From a bacterium (lineage in GTDB: Bacteria > UBA8248): a stretch of 64,000 nt of DNA. This document shows positions 20,687-31,165 of this stretch, one piece after another (position 1 is the stretch's first letter; each line of letters begins with the position of its first letter). The stretch covers positions 1,088,001-1,152,000 of the forward strand of contig CBDATS010000004.1 in assembly GCA_965200245.1 (NCBI GenBank), written 5' to 3'. A program made the translations under genes and the position numbers. The notes beneath the pieces are model-generated. The model had not been told where the DNA came from. It ran no database searches and was given only the letters and a program-made list of their open reading frames with translations.

Positions 20687-21455
20687 GGCCTAGATATATC
20701 TCCTGAACGGTCTGGTTCGCCCGTACCTCTTCCTTGGGGCCATCGGCGATGACTTCCCCCTCGTGCATGACCATCAGCTTGTCCACCAATTCGAAGGCGA
20801 CATCCATGTCGTGCTCTATGATGAGCATCGTCATCTCCGGGTCGAGTTCCTTGAGCAGGGAGACCACATCGGCGGATTCGGCGGGCGAGAGCCCGGCCGT
20901 GGGCTCGTCCAGAAGCAGCAGTTTCGGGTTCTCGACCAGGGCAAGGGCGATCTCGATTTGCCGCTGGTCGCCGTGGGAGAGGTTTTTCACGAGGTCGTCC
21001 TGCAAGTCCCACAGGTTGAGCCTCTTCATCATTGTCTCGGCCTTCTGATGAATGTGCCGGTAGCTCTTGATGGTGCGGAGCATCGAAAATTTCGATTTTT
21101 CCAAGGCCTGCGCCGCCAGCAGGACGTTGTCCATGACAGAGAGGTTGGGAAACAGGTTGGTGATCTGGAAGGTCCGTGCCATGCCGAGATGGGTGCGCTG
21201 GTGGGTCGGCAGCCGCGTGATGTCCTTTCCGTAGAGATAAACCCTTCCGTGAGTCGGGGCGAGTTCGCCCGCGATCATGTTGAAAAACGTCGTTTTTCCC
21301 GCGCCGTTGGGGCCGATGACTCCCCGGCGTTCGCCGTTTTCCACGGCGAGGTCGACGTTCCTGACCGCGACGAGGCCGCCAAAGTGCCTGGCGAGCCCCT
21401 CTACCTTCAGACACGCGGCGGATCCGTTCGAACCCTGGAGGGCTTCCTGAGCCAA
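20679..21455 (-). CDS. livG: Branched-chain amino acid-type ABC transporter ATPase
   Basis: FGGLVAV, GPNGAGKTT, ARTFQ, LSHG, IEHDM, YLG. Confidence 0.93.
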   Translation of the reverse strand: MAQEALQGSNGSAACLKVEGLARHFGGLVAVRNVDLAVENGERRGVIGPNGAGKTTFFNMIAGELAPTHGRVYLYGKDITRLPTHQRTHLGMARTFQITNLFPNLSVMDNVLLAAQALEKSKFSMLRTIKSYRHIHQKAETMMKRLNLWDLQDDLVKNLSHGDQRQIEIALALVENPKLLLLDEPTAGLSPAESADVVSLLKELDPEMTMLIIEHDMDVAFELVDKLMVMHEGEVIADGPKEEVRANQTVQEIYLGHD

Positions 21456-21499
21456 GTCAATCTCCTCCCCCGCGTTCAGCCTGCTTTCTCGCGGGGATA

Positions 21500-21557
21500 C
21501 AGGGAGCGCCGCGCGCGGGTGAGAGAAAATTTCCCTTCCGCGCGCGACGGTCCCTGA
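21500..21557. repeat. GC-rich imperfect inverted repeat between the binding-protein gene and livG
   Basis: AGGGAGCGCCGCGCGCGG ... CCGCGCGCGACGGTCCCT; probably an mRNA-stabilising stem-loop. Confidence 0.55.
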
Positions 21558-21575
21558 TCAGTTACGCAATCGGCC

Positions 21576-22832
21576 CTAGTTCCCGCAATTCCTGCACGGG
21601 GGGTAATCCCTGGTGTAGGGCGGCTTTTTCATGAATTCATCCGGCTTGTAATTCCAGAACTGGCTCACGTTCGGAATGATCGCCAGCACCTTGTTTCTCT
21701 TCTTGCCGGTTTCGTCCTTCATGACCATGCGGACGTATACGTTCATCTTGAACGTCCCGTGGCCGTCGGACGCCCTCGGTCCAGCCGGCAGACCGGTGGC
21801 CACCTTCAGGTTCTTCAGCGCACTGAAGAATTTATCCTTGTCCTCCACGTTACCGTTCACGGACTCGATCGCCTTGTAGATGAGCCGCAGTCCGCCGTAA
21901 TACCCCTCGGCATAGTAGCCTGGGTCCTTCTTGGCGTGTTTAACGAAAGACTTGACGAAGTCCTGGTTGTCCTTTGTCTGGATGTCGGCGCTGTAGATCA
22001 GGGCAGATATCCAGCCGAGAACCTCATCCCCCTGCGCGTCGAGGACGAATTCGTCCGTGTTCGTTCCGTTGCCGAGGATCACGTACTTGTTCCCCAGGCC
22101 GGCTTCCCTGAGCTGTTTGGGCAGTCGCAGTGCCTGTGCCCCCGCAAGCGTGATGAACAAGGCGTCGGCGTCTTTTTTCAGCTTGCCGATGTAGGGGCCG
22201 TAGTCCACGGTGTTGATGGGCATGTACATCTTCTGGATCACCTTGCCGCCCATGTCCTCGAACACCTGCTGGAAACCGCCCGTCGACTCGTAGCCGAACG
22301 CGTAGTCGGGGCCGATCGTGATCACCTTCTTGATGTTCGGCATCGAAGTCCGCACCCAGTGGGCGAACGCGTGCATGGGCTGACTGCAGGAGAAATACGT
22401 GACGGCATACTTCTTGCGCTTCCGCTTGGAGATGTCGTCGGGGCACGACCAGATGAGAATCGGGGTCTTGTAGCGGTCGGCCAGCGGAGCGATCGCGTAG
22501 CCGGTCGATCCGAAAAGACCGCCCATCACGATATGGACCTTGTCCCGTGTGAGGAGCTTGCGCACACGGGTCACGGCCAGGGCCACCTTGCTCTCGTTGT
22601 CTTCAACGAAGAATTTCACATCGCGGCCAGCCACCTTGTCCCCGAACTTCTCGCGGAAAACCTTGAGAGCGTTCATTTGGTCCGAGCCGTGCTTGGCGAG
22701 AACCCCCTTCTTGGAGGTGAGAAGCCCGATTTTGATGGGGCCCTTCGCTGCGAGCGCCGGTCCGGCGGCGAGGAGCGCAGCGAGCGAAAAAACGAGGGGA
22801 ACGACGAGAAAAACGGTGAGTTTTCGAATCAC
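21576..22832 (-). CDS. ABC transporter substrate-binding protein (LivK/Peripla_BP_6 type)
   Basis: Signal peptide, PIKIGLL, DYAFGYE..GGF, DYGPYI, TIPNVSQFW-like C-terminus; GTG start after AGGAGG. Confidence 0.9.
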   Translation of the reverse strand: MIRKLTVFLVVPLVFSLAALLAAGPALAAKGPIKIGLLTSKKGVLAKHGSDQMNALKVFREKFGDKVAGRDVKFFVEDNESKVALAVTRVRKLLTRDKVHIVMGGLFGSTGYAIAPLADRYKTPILIWSCPDDISKRKRKKYAVTYFSCSQPMHAFAHWVRTSMPNIKKVITIGPDYAFGYESTGGFQQVFEDMGGKVIQKMYMPINTVDYGPYIGKLKKDADALFITLAGAQALRLPKQLREAGLGNKYVILGNGTNTDEFVLDAQGDEVLGWISALIYSADIQTKDNQDFVKSFVKHAKKDPGYYAEGYYGGLRLIYKAIESVNGNVEDKDKFFSALKNLKVATGLPAGPRASDGHGTFKMNVYVRMVMKDETGKKRNKVLAIIPNVSQFWNYKPDEFMKKPPYTRDYPPCRNCGN

Positions 22833-22881
22833 GGGATTTCCTCCTCTTCGTAAGGACGATGGCGACCCCTGGACGGGCCGT

Positions 22882-23835
22882 TCATTCGTTGTCCGTTTCC
22901 CGGGCCCGCATCCGAAGCTGCTTGATGAAGCCCATGATGCCCTCGGGAGCAAAAAGAACCACCACGATGTAGATACAGCCCACGACCGTCAGCGAGCGTT
23001 CGGTAAACATGTTCACGGTATTGTCGAGAATGACGAATATGGTCGAACCCAGAAGCGGGCCTGCCAGCGTTCCCGCTCCGCCGAGCGAAACCATCAGCAG
23101 GGCGTTGAACGAGGTCACCAGTTCGACGTCGGTCGGAGCGACGTAACTATTGTAGTAGACCCACAGGAAACCGGCCAGGCCACTGAATATGCCCGAGATC
23201 ATGTAGATGATGAACTTGTGGAGCCACACGTTGTAGCCCAGCGCGCGCATGCGCGATTCACTCTCGCGAATTCCCACCAGCGTCTTCCCGAAACACGAAT
23301 GGACCAGAATGGAGAAGAACAGGAAAACGACCGCAGCAACGATGAGGGTGAAATAGTAATAGGCGACCGTGCCTTCCATGAAAAGCGGACGGTCGATGCC
23401 CGCGATGCCGTTTTCCCCGCCGGTCATCGAGTCCCACCGGTAGGCGAGCCCCCAGACGAGCATGGCAAGGGCGAAGGTGATCATCAGGAAATACACGTCC
23501 GACGCCCGCAGCGCGACGACAGCGCAGATGGCCGTTATCACCGCCGCGGCGATAAGCGCGACGACGAACGCTTCACCGAAAGAGGCGCCGTAGGTCGCCG
23601 ACATGATCGCCGTCGCATAGGCTCCTGTACCAAAATAGGCCGCGTGGCCCAATGATGCCATGCCCGTGTAGCCCAGCATCAGGTCGAGACTCAGGGCGAA
23701 AATTCCCCAGATCAGACACTGGTTCAGGACGAGTACGCTGAATTCATCCACGAAAAGTGGCGATATGCCCGCGAAAACCAGTATGACGGCGATCGCGATC
23801 ACCCTGCCCCGGGAAATGAGAAGTTCGCCTATCAC
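22882..23835 (-). CDS. livM: Branched-chain amino acid-type ABC permease
   Basis: LMLGYTGMASLGHAAYFGTGAY, YFLMITFA, TGGENGI, IRESESRMRALGY. Confidence 0.93.
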   Translation of the reverse strand: MIGELLISRGRVIAIAVILVFAGISPLFVDEFSVLVLNQCLIWGIFALSLDLMLGYTGMASLGHAAYFGTGAYATAIMSATYGASFGEAFVVALIAAAVITAICAVVALRASDVYFLMITFALAMLVWGLAYRWDSMTGGENGIAGIDRPLFMEGTVAYYYFTLIVAAVVFLFFSILVHSCFGKTLVGIRESESRMRALGYNVWLHKFIIYMISGIFSGLAGFLWVYYNSYVAPTDVELVTSFNALLMVSLGGAGTLAGPLLGSTIFVILDNTVNMFTERSLTVVGCIYIVVVLFAPEGIMGFIKQLRMRARETDNE

Positions 23836-24689
23836 ATCGGTCTCCCGAACAGTCCGGCGGGCCGAATGGCGAGAATGACGGCCATCGGCAGGAACAGGGT
23901 GAAATACGCGAATTCGGGAAAGAAGGTCTTGCCCAGATTGTCGATGATACCCACGAGCAGGCTTGCGAGGATCGCGCCCTTCAGGCTGCCCATCCCGCCG
24001 ACGATGATGGCCACGAAGGCGAAGGGGAGAATCTCGAAATCAAGCCCCGCCTGGATGCCGAGCCAGGGAGCCGCCAGAACGCCGCTCATGCCGGCCAGGA
24101 ACGATCCGAGTCCAAATACCAAGCTGAACACGACGGGCACGTTCACCCCCATCCCTCCCGCCATCTCCACGTCGTCGACAGCGGCCCGCACGGATGATCC
24201 GATTTTTGTCCTGCTCTCGAAGAACCAGAGCCCCAGCGCCGTGACGGCGGCGATCACGATGAGGAACAACCTGTACATCGGGAAGGAGAATTTACCGATC
24301 CGGCCCGTGCTAGCCAGAAGCTTGGGCGCATCCATGCTAACCGGGTCGGGTCCCCAAATGACGAGGATCGCGTCCTGAAGCACGAGAACAAATCCCATGG
24401 TGATGAGCACCTGGCCCAGGTCGTTTCCCTGAAGGCGTCGCAGGAAAACACGCTCAATGATGACGCCCATGATAGTGATGGCGACTCCGCCGACCAGAAT
24501 GGCGAGGACAAAGCTACCCGTCATCTTCAGGGTCGTGAGACCAAAATACGCACCCACGAGGAAGTAGGTTCCGTGCGTGACGTTGATGACCTTCATGACG
24601 CCGAATATCAGGGAGAGGCCCATCGCCAACAGGAAGACGATGGCGCCATAGGAGACACCATTGAATATCTGGGTGAGCCAGAAGGTCAT
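23832..24689 (-). CDS. livH: Branched-chain amino acid-type ABC permease
   Basis: GLSLIFGVMKVINVTHG, IIVGGMGSLKGA, RPAGLFG. Confidence 0.93.
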   Translation of the reverse strand: MTFWLTQIFNGVSYGAIVFLLAMGLSLIFGVMKVINVTHGTYFLVGAYFGLTTLKMTGSFVLAILVGGVAITIMGVIIERVFLRRLQGNDLGQVLITMGFVLVLQDAILVIWGPDPVSMDAPKLLASTGRIGKFSFPMYRLFLIVIAAVTALGLWFFESRTKIGSSVRAAVDDVEMAGGMGVNVPVVFSLVFGLGSFLAGMSGVLAAPWLGIQAGLDFEILPFAFVAIIVGGMGSLKGAILASLLVGIIDNLGKTFFPEFAYFTLFLPMAVILAIRPAGLFGRPM

Positions 24690-24955
24690 GCGCTCGCTAC
24701 CTGCGGGCATGACGAGGTACGATGAGAGGAAACAATGACAGTGCAGTCACACATGTACATCTCTCCTTCTGGGAGAGGGATACAGCATGCAACTATAAAG
24801 TGTGTCATGCACTATAGCACAAGCATGTTCAATTTGAAAGGTATGATTTTCAGTACTATTATGCGGTGTTTCCGAAACTGCACGTTCCCGTTTGGTGAAT
24901 ATGTACCTGCAACCAGAGTCGACAGGCGAAGTGCGATTTTGAGGAGGGGAATACC

Positions 24956-26383
24956 ATGAATGGAGAAGACATTTGCCGGCTCGGGCTTCATGAACTTTCA
25001 GAGCGTATCGGGGAAGGGGAACTTTCTCCCGTGGACGTGGTCGAATCGCTTTTGGAACGCATCGATTCCGTCAACCCGCGCATTCTGGGTTTTATGGAAG
25101 TGACGGGAGAGTCTGCGCTCGAAGAGGCGAAACGGGCGCAAGAGGAGATCGCCGCAGGCCGCACGCGAGGTCCGCTTCACGGCATCCCCTACGGGGTCAA
25201 GGACATCATCGACACGGCGGGCGTGCGGACGACGCGGGGGTCGAGCTTTTTTCGCGATCACGTTCCGGGTGCAGACGCCGAATGCGTCGCCCGTCTCAGG
25301 CGCGCGGGTGCGATTCTCCTCGGAAAGTGCCATACGCAGGAGTTCGCCTCCGGACCGTTGAGCAAAAACGCGCACTTCGGCACGGCGCGCAATCCGTGGG
25401 ATCTCTCCCGCGCCACGGGAGGTTCCAGCACGGGTTCGGCCGCATCGGTCGCGGCGGACATTTGCCCGGCGGCCATCGGGACGGACACGGGAAGTTCGAT
25501 CCGCGGACCTTCGGCACTTTGCGGCCTCGTGGGGCTCAAGCCCACGCACGGGCGGGTCAGCCTGCGCGGCGTATGTCCCAACTGCCTAAGCTACGACCAC
25601 GTGGGGCCGATTACCCGCTCGGCGCGTGACGCCGCCCTTTTCCTCCAGGGGATGGCGGGTTTCGACCCCGAGGACCCCTACAGCCGAAACGAACCGGTTC
25701 CCGACTTCTCCTCCAGGCTCGATAAGGGTATGGATGGCCTGCGGGTGGGTCTTTGCCCCGGCCTGTCGGGCGGCTTCGAGGCGGACGCGGAGGTCGTACA
25801 GGCGTTCGAGCGGGCAGTCGGTGTGTTCCGGGAGTCAGGGGCGCGTGTCGTGACGCTGCCCTTCACGGATGCGGACCGCCTCGCGCATGTAAACCGCGTC
25901 ATCATCCAGTGCGAGTTCGCCGAGTTCCACAGGCCGCTCTATGAGCAGAATCCCGACGGCTACGGCGCCTCGACGCGCGAGAGGGTGGAGGCGAGCCTCG
26001 CGGGAGCCAACCTGGACGAGTACATCCGTGCGGGACGCGAACGGGAGATACTGCGGCGCAAGGTGCTTGCCCTGTTCGATCATGTGGACGTCATCCTCAC
26101 GCTCGCCCTGCCGTGTATCGCCCCGCGCATCGAAGGCTTCAGGGCCGAGATCAACGGAGAGGAGGTGGATTACTCCCTGGCCCTCACCATGCCCTTCCTC
26201 ACCCACCAAAACCTGACGGGATTTCCGGCGGCGGTGGTTCCCACCGGATTTTCGGAAAAAGAGGGAATGCCCCTGTCGCTTCAGGTAATAGGCCGCCCCT
26301 GGGAGGAGGCAGAGGTGCTCGGCGCAGTCCACGCCTATGAGAAAGCGACGCCTGAGCTGCGCAATCGGCGTCCCGCGCTGTAA
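24956..26383 (+). CDS. Amidase-signature family amidase
   Basis: GPLHGIPYGVKD, GGSSTGSAA, GTDTGSSIRGPS (Lys-Ser-Ser triad). Confidence 0.95.
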   Translation: MNGEDICRLGLHELSERIGEGELSPVDVVESLLERIDSVNPRILGFMEVTGESALEEAKRAQEEIAAGRTRGPLHGIPYGVKDIIDTAGVRTTRGSSFFRDHVPGADAECVARLRRAGAILLGKCHTQEFASGPLSKNAHFGTARNPWDLSRATGGSSTGSAASVAADICPAAIGTDTGSSIRGPSALCGLVGLKPTHGRVSLRGVCPNCLSYDHVGPITRSARDAALFLQGMAGFDPEDPYSRNEPVPDFSSRLDKGMDGLRVGLCPGLSGGFEADAEVVQAFERAVGVFRESGARVVTLPFTDADRLAHVNRVIIQCEFAEFHRPLYEQNPDGYGASTRERVEASLAGANLDEYIRAGREREILRRKVLALFDHVDVILTLALPCIAPRIEGFRAEINGEEVDYSLALTMPFLTHQNLTGFPAAVVPTGFSEKEGMPLSLQVIGRPWEEAEVLGAVHAYEKATPELRNRRPAL

Positions 26384-26536
26384 GGACCTGTTTTTTGTCT
26401 TCGCCTTTTTCCGCACGGGGCCGCCTGTATGGCTCTCTGAATCGGTCGACTTGGTACTGTCAAAAGAAGGATGGCGGACAATGATGAGCAACGACATTCG
26501 GGCGAAACCCGAATGACACGCAAGGAAAGCCCCCTC

Positions 26537-26749
26537 TCACTCCACTGAGCGATACTCGACAAGAATCGCCTGCCCAGTGATATAGACGATGCGCGCCGGC
26601 ACTTCCTTTCCTTCGGTGTTGGCCAAGTGCAACCCCTCTCCGAAATCGAAGAGAACCGGCGGGATTTCTCCGTCGTCAACTGCGATGTTGTCTTCGAAAA
26701 TATGGGGATTTTTCTGTCTGCCCCGTATGGGACTTAAACATTCCTGCAA
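26537..26749 (-). CDS. Small hypothetical protein or remnant
   Basis: 70-aa ORF with a plausible C-terminal half (GEGLHLANTEGKEVPARIVYITGQAILVEY); start unclear. Confidence 0.3.
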   Translation of the reverse strand: MQECLSPIRGRQKNPHIFEDNIAVDDGEIPPVLFDFGEGLHLANTEGKEVPARIVYITGQAILVEYRSVE

Positions 26750-27235
26750 GCGGGAATTCCCTCCGCTCCGTTTGGAAAAATTACAGCACCCCCTTTGGCG
26801 AGCCGGCGCAATTCAAGGTGGAGTGCCCATTTGGCGAGTACCCACTCCCACTCTACATGCGCCGAAAACCCCTTGACGGCCACAAATATACGCATCGGAA
26901 GGTGAGCGGAAAGGAGATCAAGGCACGCTGCTCGTCGGATGCGTATATTCGCACCTGCCGTCATACCAATATTTCAGGCCACATCGTCGATCCTGAATTC
27001 TTTGAGATTTACTGCAATTATAATATTGAAATATCTCCGAACAGCCAGCACGGTCCCAATGTGAATGAGAAATTTTTCTGTCGCCTAGAGTTGGACATCA
27101 ACACGGGCAGGAGTTTGAGGGGAAATTTGAAAAGGAAAATAAGCTGGATGTTCTTGGAGAACTTATAGACCTCGGCAATGAGATTGCGACCAAGGGAGAT
27201 GTGACGTGAATCAGAGCATCAAAAATTCAGCGGTA

Positions 27236-27414
27236 CGACCATATAGACGCTGATCTCTCCGGCATCGCAGGCCGCGTCCATGAGCTCATAAAGGATAGGT
27301 CACCCTGCCGTCGGTCTGTTGTGCCAACGGGATCGCAACCTGACTGTCATGCACGGACGCTGCGGTCAGCAGACAACTGACCGGGATGTCGCCATCGGCA
27401 GCATCAATGCGGAT
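27236..27414 (-). mobile_element. DDE transposase internal fragment (IS5/IS1182-like)
   Basis: IDAADGDIPVSCLLTAASVHDSQVAIPLAQQTDGRVTY / YELMDAACDAGEI, with a frameshift. Confidence 0.8.
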
Positions 27415-27954
27415 GCTTGCGGCGTGTTTGCCGTCGCGGGTGAAGCAATGCCATACGCGCGTTCCTGTCGCCGGTTGCACTTGCCTGTCGATTTCTCGCC
27501 CCGGCCCACGGCTAATTCCTGTCGCGTACCATTCAAGACTGTCCTGCAAGTATTGCGGCTGGCCAAGATGAGGAGAAGACCGCTTGTATTCCCAGCACTC
27601 CCGCTTCCGCGCTTCGGCGAACATGTCCGCGAGGTTGGCCGGGGCTTCGGTCCAGTCCTGAACCTCGATCTTGTCCTGTCTGTCCATAGTCATCAGATGC
27701 AATCTGAAAACAACACCGAATGTCGTGCTCACTCTCGGAGCCTGCGGCGCGGAGCGAGCGATACCGGACCGAGCCTGTGTCCGTTCGGTTCGGGCGATGT
27801 GCTTGCGGCCGGCCACATCTGCGGGTTCCTCGACGGCCGCAGCTGGTGGTCCGTACGCCTGATCGGCACCATCAAGTTGCCGCCTGACCGGAACACCGTG
27901 CAGCAGCTTGAACCGGGGGCATTCGACGACATCGCAGTTGATGGCGACGTGGGA

Positions 27955-29442
27955 TCAACCAACGGTGAACTGTCCCATCATGCCGCGATCCTCATGCTCC
28001 AGAATATGGCAGTGATACATATACGGATAGTGCTCGGTTGCCGGATGGTCGAAACGCACGACGATCTCCGACCAGTCGTCGTCATCCGCTACCACCATAT
28101 CTTTCCAGCCTTGCTGATCCGGCGATGCCGCGGACCCTTCCATCTGCTCAATCAGGAACGAGCAGCCATGCACATGGAACGGATGTGCGCCTTGGTCGGA
28201 ACGGATCCGCCAACGTTCCCAGACGCCGAGTGGAACCCGTTCATTGATTACGTTCATATCCATCGCCGCACCGTTAATGGTCATGTCCATGGCGGCATGG
28301 CCATCGTTGTTTTCAATCCCCCCACCTTTTCTCATGGTGAGAATGAAGTCACGGGATCGCACTATTTCCTCGGGTTGCGGGCGGACGATGGTGGCCATGT
28401 GCTCAGGTAGAGGCGCGGTATGTGCTGGCAGGGTCCTGTCGACGATCAGGGTCAGCGCCGGGGACGGAAGTTTTCTCTCGGATTGGCCAAACAGGGCAAA
28501 CAAGCTTCCGACAAGACTTTCCTCGTCGTCGAATTCATCTTCGAACAGGGTCAACAGTCCGGCGGGTTTGCCATCGGCCATATCAACGACAATTTCGCAG
28601 CGCTCGCCCGGTGACATCTCCATACTTATCAATGGCACTGGTGCTTCCAGCAAGCCGCCATCACTGGCAATCTTGTAAAACGTGCGGCTGTCGGCAAAAC
28701 CGACGATGTAAAATCGTGCATTGGCACCGTTCAGAAGTCTCAACCGAACTTTGCCAGCAGGCACGTTGGCAATCGGAGTTATTGCGCCGTTGACGATCAC
28801 GGTGTCACCCAGCCAACCATCCTCGTCTGCGTCGTGTAGTGAATAAACCAAACGGCCTTGTGCGTCGAAAGTTCGATCCTGGATGACAATGGGCAAATCA
28901 TCGACGCCGTATTGGTGCGGCAGAGGCAGTGAGTCCGCCTGTTCGTCATCGATGATGATCAGACCGGCAAGTCCACGATACGTTTGCTCGCCGGTTTTTC
29001 CGTGGGTGTGGGAGTGATACCAACAGGTCGCTGCCGGCTGCACGATGGATAAGCTGGGTTGCCAGGCCGCACCCGGATCGATTGCCAGTTGCGGACCACC
29101 GTCGACCTCACCAGGCACATGCAAGCCGTGACCGTGTACCGCCACGCTCTCGGCCAAGGTGTTTTGGTAATGCAAATTGAGTTCGCTATATTGCCTGGTT
29201 CGAATCGTTGGCCCCAGGTAATCCTGGCTGAACCCCAGGGTTGGTGTCCTGACGCCGGATCTGAAGGACCGGGTGCCATTTCGAATGTTCAGTTTAACCG
29301 GCTTTCCCTCGCGACCATCCACCAGAGGCGGTATCGGTAACCGGGGTGATGGCGTCTTGCTCCAGCCAAGGGGGAGGTAATTTGCACCCATGAAAGCGGC
29401 ACTGCCGACAATTAATTGCCGCCGCGAAATTGCCCGTAGCAT
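27955..29442 (-). CDS. cueO: Tat-exported multicopper oxidase (CueO/FtsP family)
   Basis: SRRQL twin-arginine signal; copper motifs HGHG, WYHSH, HPFHVHG, YHCHILEHEDRGMM. Confidence 0.93.
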   Translation of the reverse strand: MLRAISRRQLIVGSAAFMGANYLPLGWSKTPSPRLPIPPLVDGREGKPVKLNIRNGTRSFRSGVRTPTLGFSQDYLGPTIRTRQYSELNLHYQNTLAESVAVHGHGLHVPGEVDGGPQLAIDPGAAWQPSLSIVQPAATCWYHSHTHGKTGEQTYRGLAGLIIIDDEQADSLPLPHQYGVDDLPIVIQDRTFDAQGRLVYSLHDADEDGWLGDTVIVNGAITPIANVPAGKVRLRLLNGANARFYIVGFADSRTFYKIASDGGLLEAPVPLISMEMSPGERCEIVVDMADGKPAGLLTLFEDEFDDEESLVGSLFALFGQSERKLPSPALTLIVDRTLPAHTAPLPEHMATIVRPQPEEIVRSRDFILTMRKGGGIENNDGHAAMDMTINGAAMDMNVINERVPLGVWERWRIRSDQGAHPFHVHGCSFLIEQMEGSAASPDQQGWKDMVVADDDDWSEIVVRFDHPATEHYPYMYHCHILEHEDRGMMGQFTVG

Positions 29443-29506
29443 CGTTGATGGCCCTTTATCCGAATTGATCTGTACCGCGGAAATGTAAACAAGGTAGCAG
29501 AAGAAG

Positions 29507-29988
29507 GAGCCTCTTGCAAAATTTGAGTGATCCTGGCGACTTTTCCCTCATATTCGCAGTACGTCGCGAGTCGGCACCGATCACGGGTTGCGATTCCGCA
29601 TATGAATGGAGCGGTCACGGAAGAATTCTGGAAGGACGAGCAATAGTTCGTTAAATGTTCTTGTCCTTGCCAGGATCAGGGCACGGCGGTTCGCGCCTCA
29701 TCTGCGAACAGGGCGACGATACCGCGGTCAGATCGGGGTCTATACTGTCAGGTGAAACAAGCGGCCGACTGTCAGGGCCAGGATGCCGAACATCAGGTGG
29801 CAAAACACTTTGCCTGCGCCCCGGAAGTGGACAGTCCGGCCACCGAAGCAGTCCTTGAGCAAGGCATTCACCCGCTCGACGCTCGACCGCTGCCGATACC
29901 GTATGCGGCGGTGGTCGACATGTCCGACACGGCGTTGCGCACGTGCCTCGGTCGCTATGGCTTCCTTCAAGGCCGTGTCCCGGCGCGG
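29507..29988 (-). mobile_element. IS remnant: transposase C-terminus plus terminal repeat
   Basis: PRRDTALKEA...RYRQRSSVERVNALLKDCFGGRTVHFRGAGKVFCHLMFGILALT, followed by an IS-end-like sequence GAGCCTCTTGCAAAAT at 29507. Confidence 0.8.
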
Positions 29989-29999
29989 AAGACCATTTT

Positions 30000-30599
30000 A
30001 TAAAGAACGAGTGGGGGCTGACATCTGAGACTTCCCCGGATCGATCAGTAAACTTTAAGTCTATTACTTTTGTAGACACTTCGATTTCCGATATCTTGCC
30101 TGGTGTGCCGGGAATGGCCGATGCAGGGCCACTTGAATCGCGTTCTGCAAATAAGGGCACAAGGGGTTTTCACGTTCCGCCCCAATTGGAGGAGCAAATA
30201 GAGGCCTTATGCCTGACTGCTCGTGAGGAACAATTCGAGGCGGGTATCGAAAGCTGATTTTCTGATAGCCTCAATAAACTGTTCAGGTATGACCCTTTTT
30301 CAGTCTTGGATTGTCTGACAAGGAAATTTCGGGATAAAGACGCAGATGTCGAGATGTTGGCCGAGGTGTTGCAGTGGGCTTCGCGTCAGAAGTCATCGAT
30401 CATACGTACTAACGTATTAGAGTTGTTATCAACAGGGCTTTACCGCAAGTCACCGTTGGTGCGTGACGCGGCGGCGTTGGGATTGGTTTCTTGGGACGAG
30501 GGTGTTGCCATCCCTTACCTGCACCGGGCTATTGACAGGGAGAAAGTGCCTGAACTTCAGGAAGATTTTTAGGAACTCTTGAAATCTTTGAATACTTAG
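30000..30599 (+). pseudogene. HEAT-repeat-like protein with two nonsense codons, 5-prime end cut by the IS
   Basis: One frame: AREEQFEAGIES*FSDSLNKL...SPLVRDAAALGL...AIPYLHRAIDREKVPELQEDF*ELLKSLNT. Low GC. Confidence 0.65.
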
Positions 30600-30604
30600 C
30601 GGAT

Positions 30605-31111
30605 ATGTCAGCGGTTTTTCGAAAGCTCAACAAGAAACGACACTGGGATAGTAAACCATGGCTCGAATCAAGGGACGTTCAAGCCGATGTGGCTAAGTGC
30701 CTGACAACGACTGAAAATAAATTATTCATTTTCTTGCTTGAGAAGCCCAATGAGCAAGTTGAGAGAGTCGTTGCTGCATTGGCCCTCACGCGGGATAATC
30801 TGGCCTGTTTCGATTTGGCCATTGTTTCCGAAGATATTCTCTCCCAATGTAATATCCAACTCAACAAAATTAAAGCAAAAACTTTAGACGCTGAGGTTAA
30901 TGAATGGCACTATGATCTCGTGGAACTGACAATTGGGAAGGTCTCACAATTGGCCTCTTCGATAAAATGTAGAGGAGAGATACAACGCTACCAGGAAAAA
31001 CAGGTGAGGTTAGCAATCAAAAAATCATTGGATGCCCATCACATTGAAGTTGACCGGATAAGCCCGAAAATGCAGGAATCCCCAAGAAAACGTCAAGTTA
31101 TTTCGTTGTAG
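30605..31111 (+). CDS. Hypothetical protein, possible ADP-ribosyltransferase-like toxin fold
   Basis: 168 aa, low GC; early Arg, LTTTENKLFIF strand and late HYDL pattern. The fold call is inference. Confidence 0.55.
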   Translation: MSAVFRKLNKKRHWDSKPWLESRDVQADVAKCLTTTENKLFIFLLEKPNEQVERVVAALALTRDNLACFDLAIVSEDILSQCNIQLNKIKAKTLDAEVNEWHYDLVELTIGKVSQLASSIKCRGEIQRYQEKQVRLAIKKSLDAHHIEVDRISPKMQESPRKRQVISL

Positions 31112-31165
31112 GTCAAACAGGAAGCATTATCCCAATCCATGGAAACCCAAAGAAAGGGGTCACAC

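Noticed and set aside
27830-27950. Plus-strand peptide NTVQQLEPGAFDD resembling a leucine-rich repeat
   Set aside because: A single short match within a shadow ORF, with no repeat periodicity.
30255-30257. In-frame TGA in the HEAT-like gene as selenocysteine
   Set aside because: Not in a Cys-type motif, no clear downstream hairpin, and the same frame has a second premature stop (TAG).
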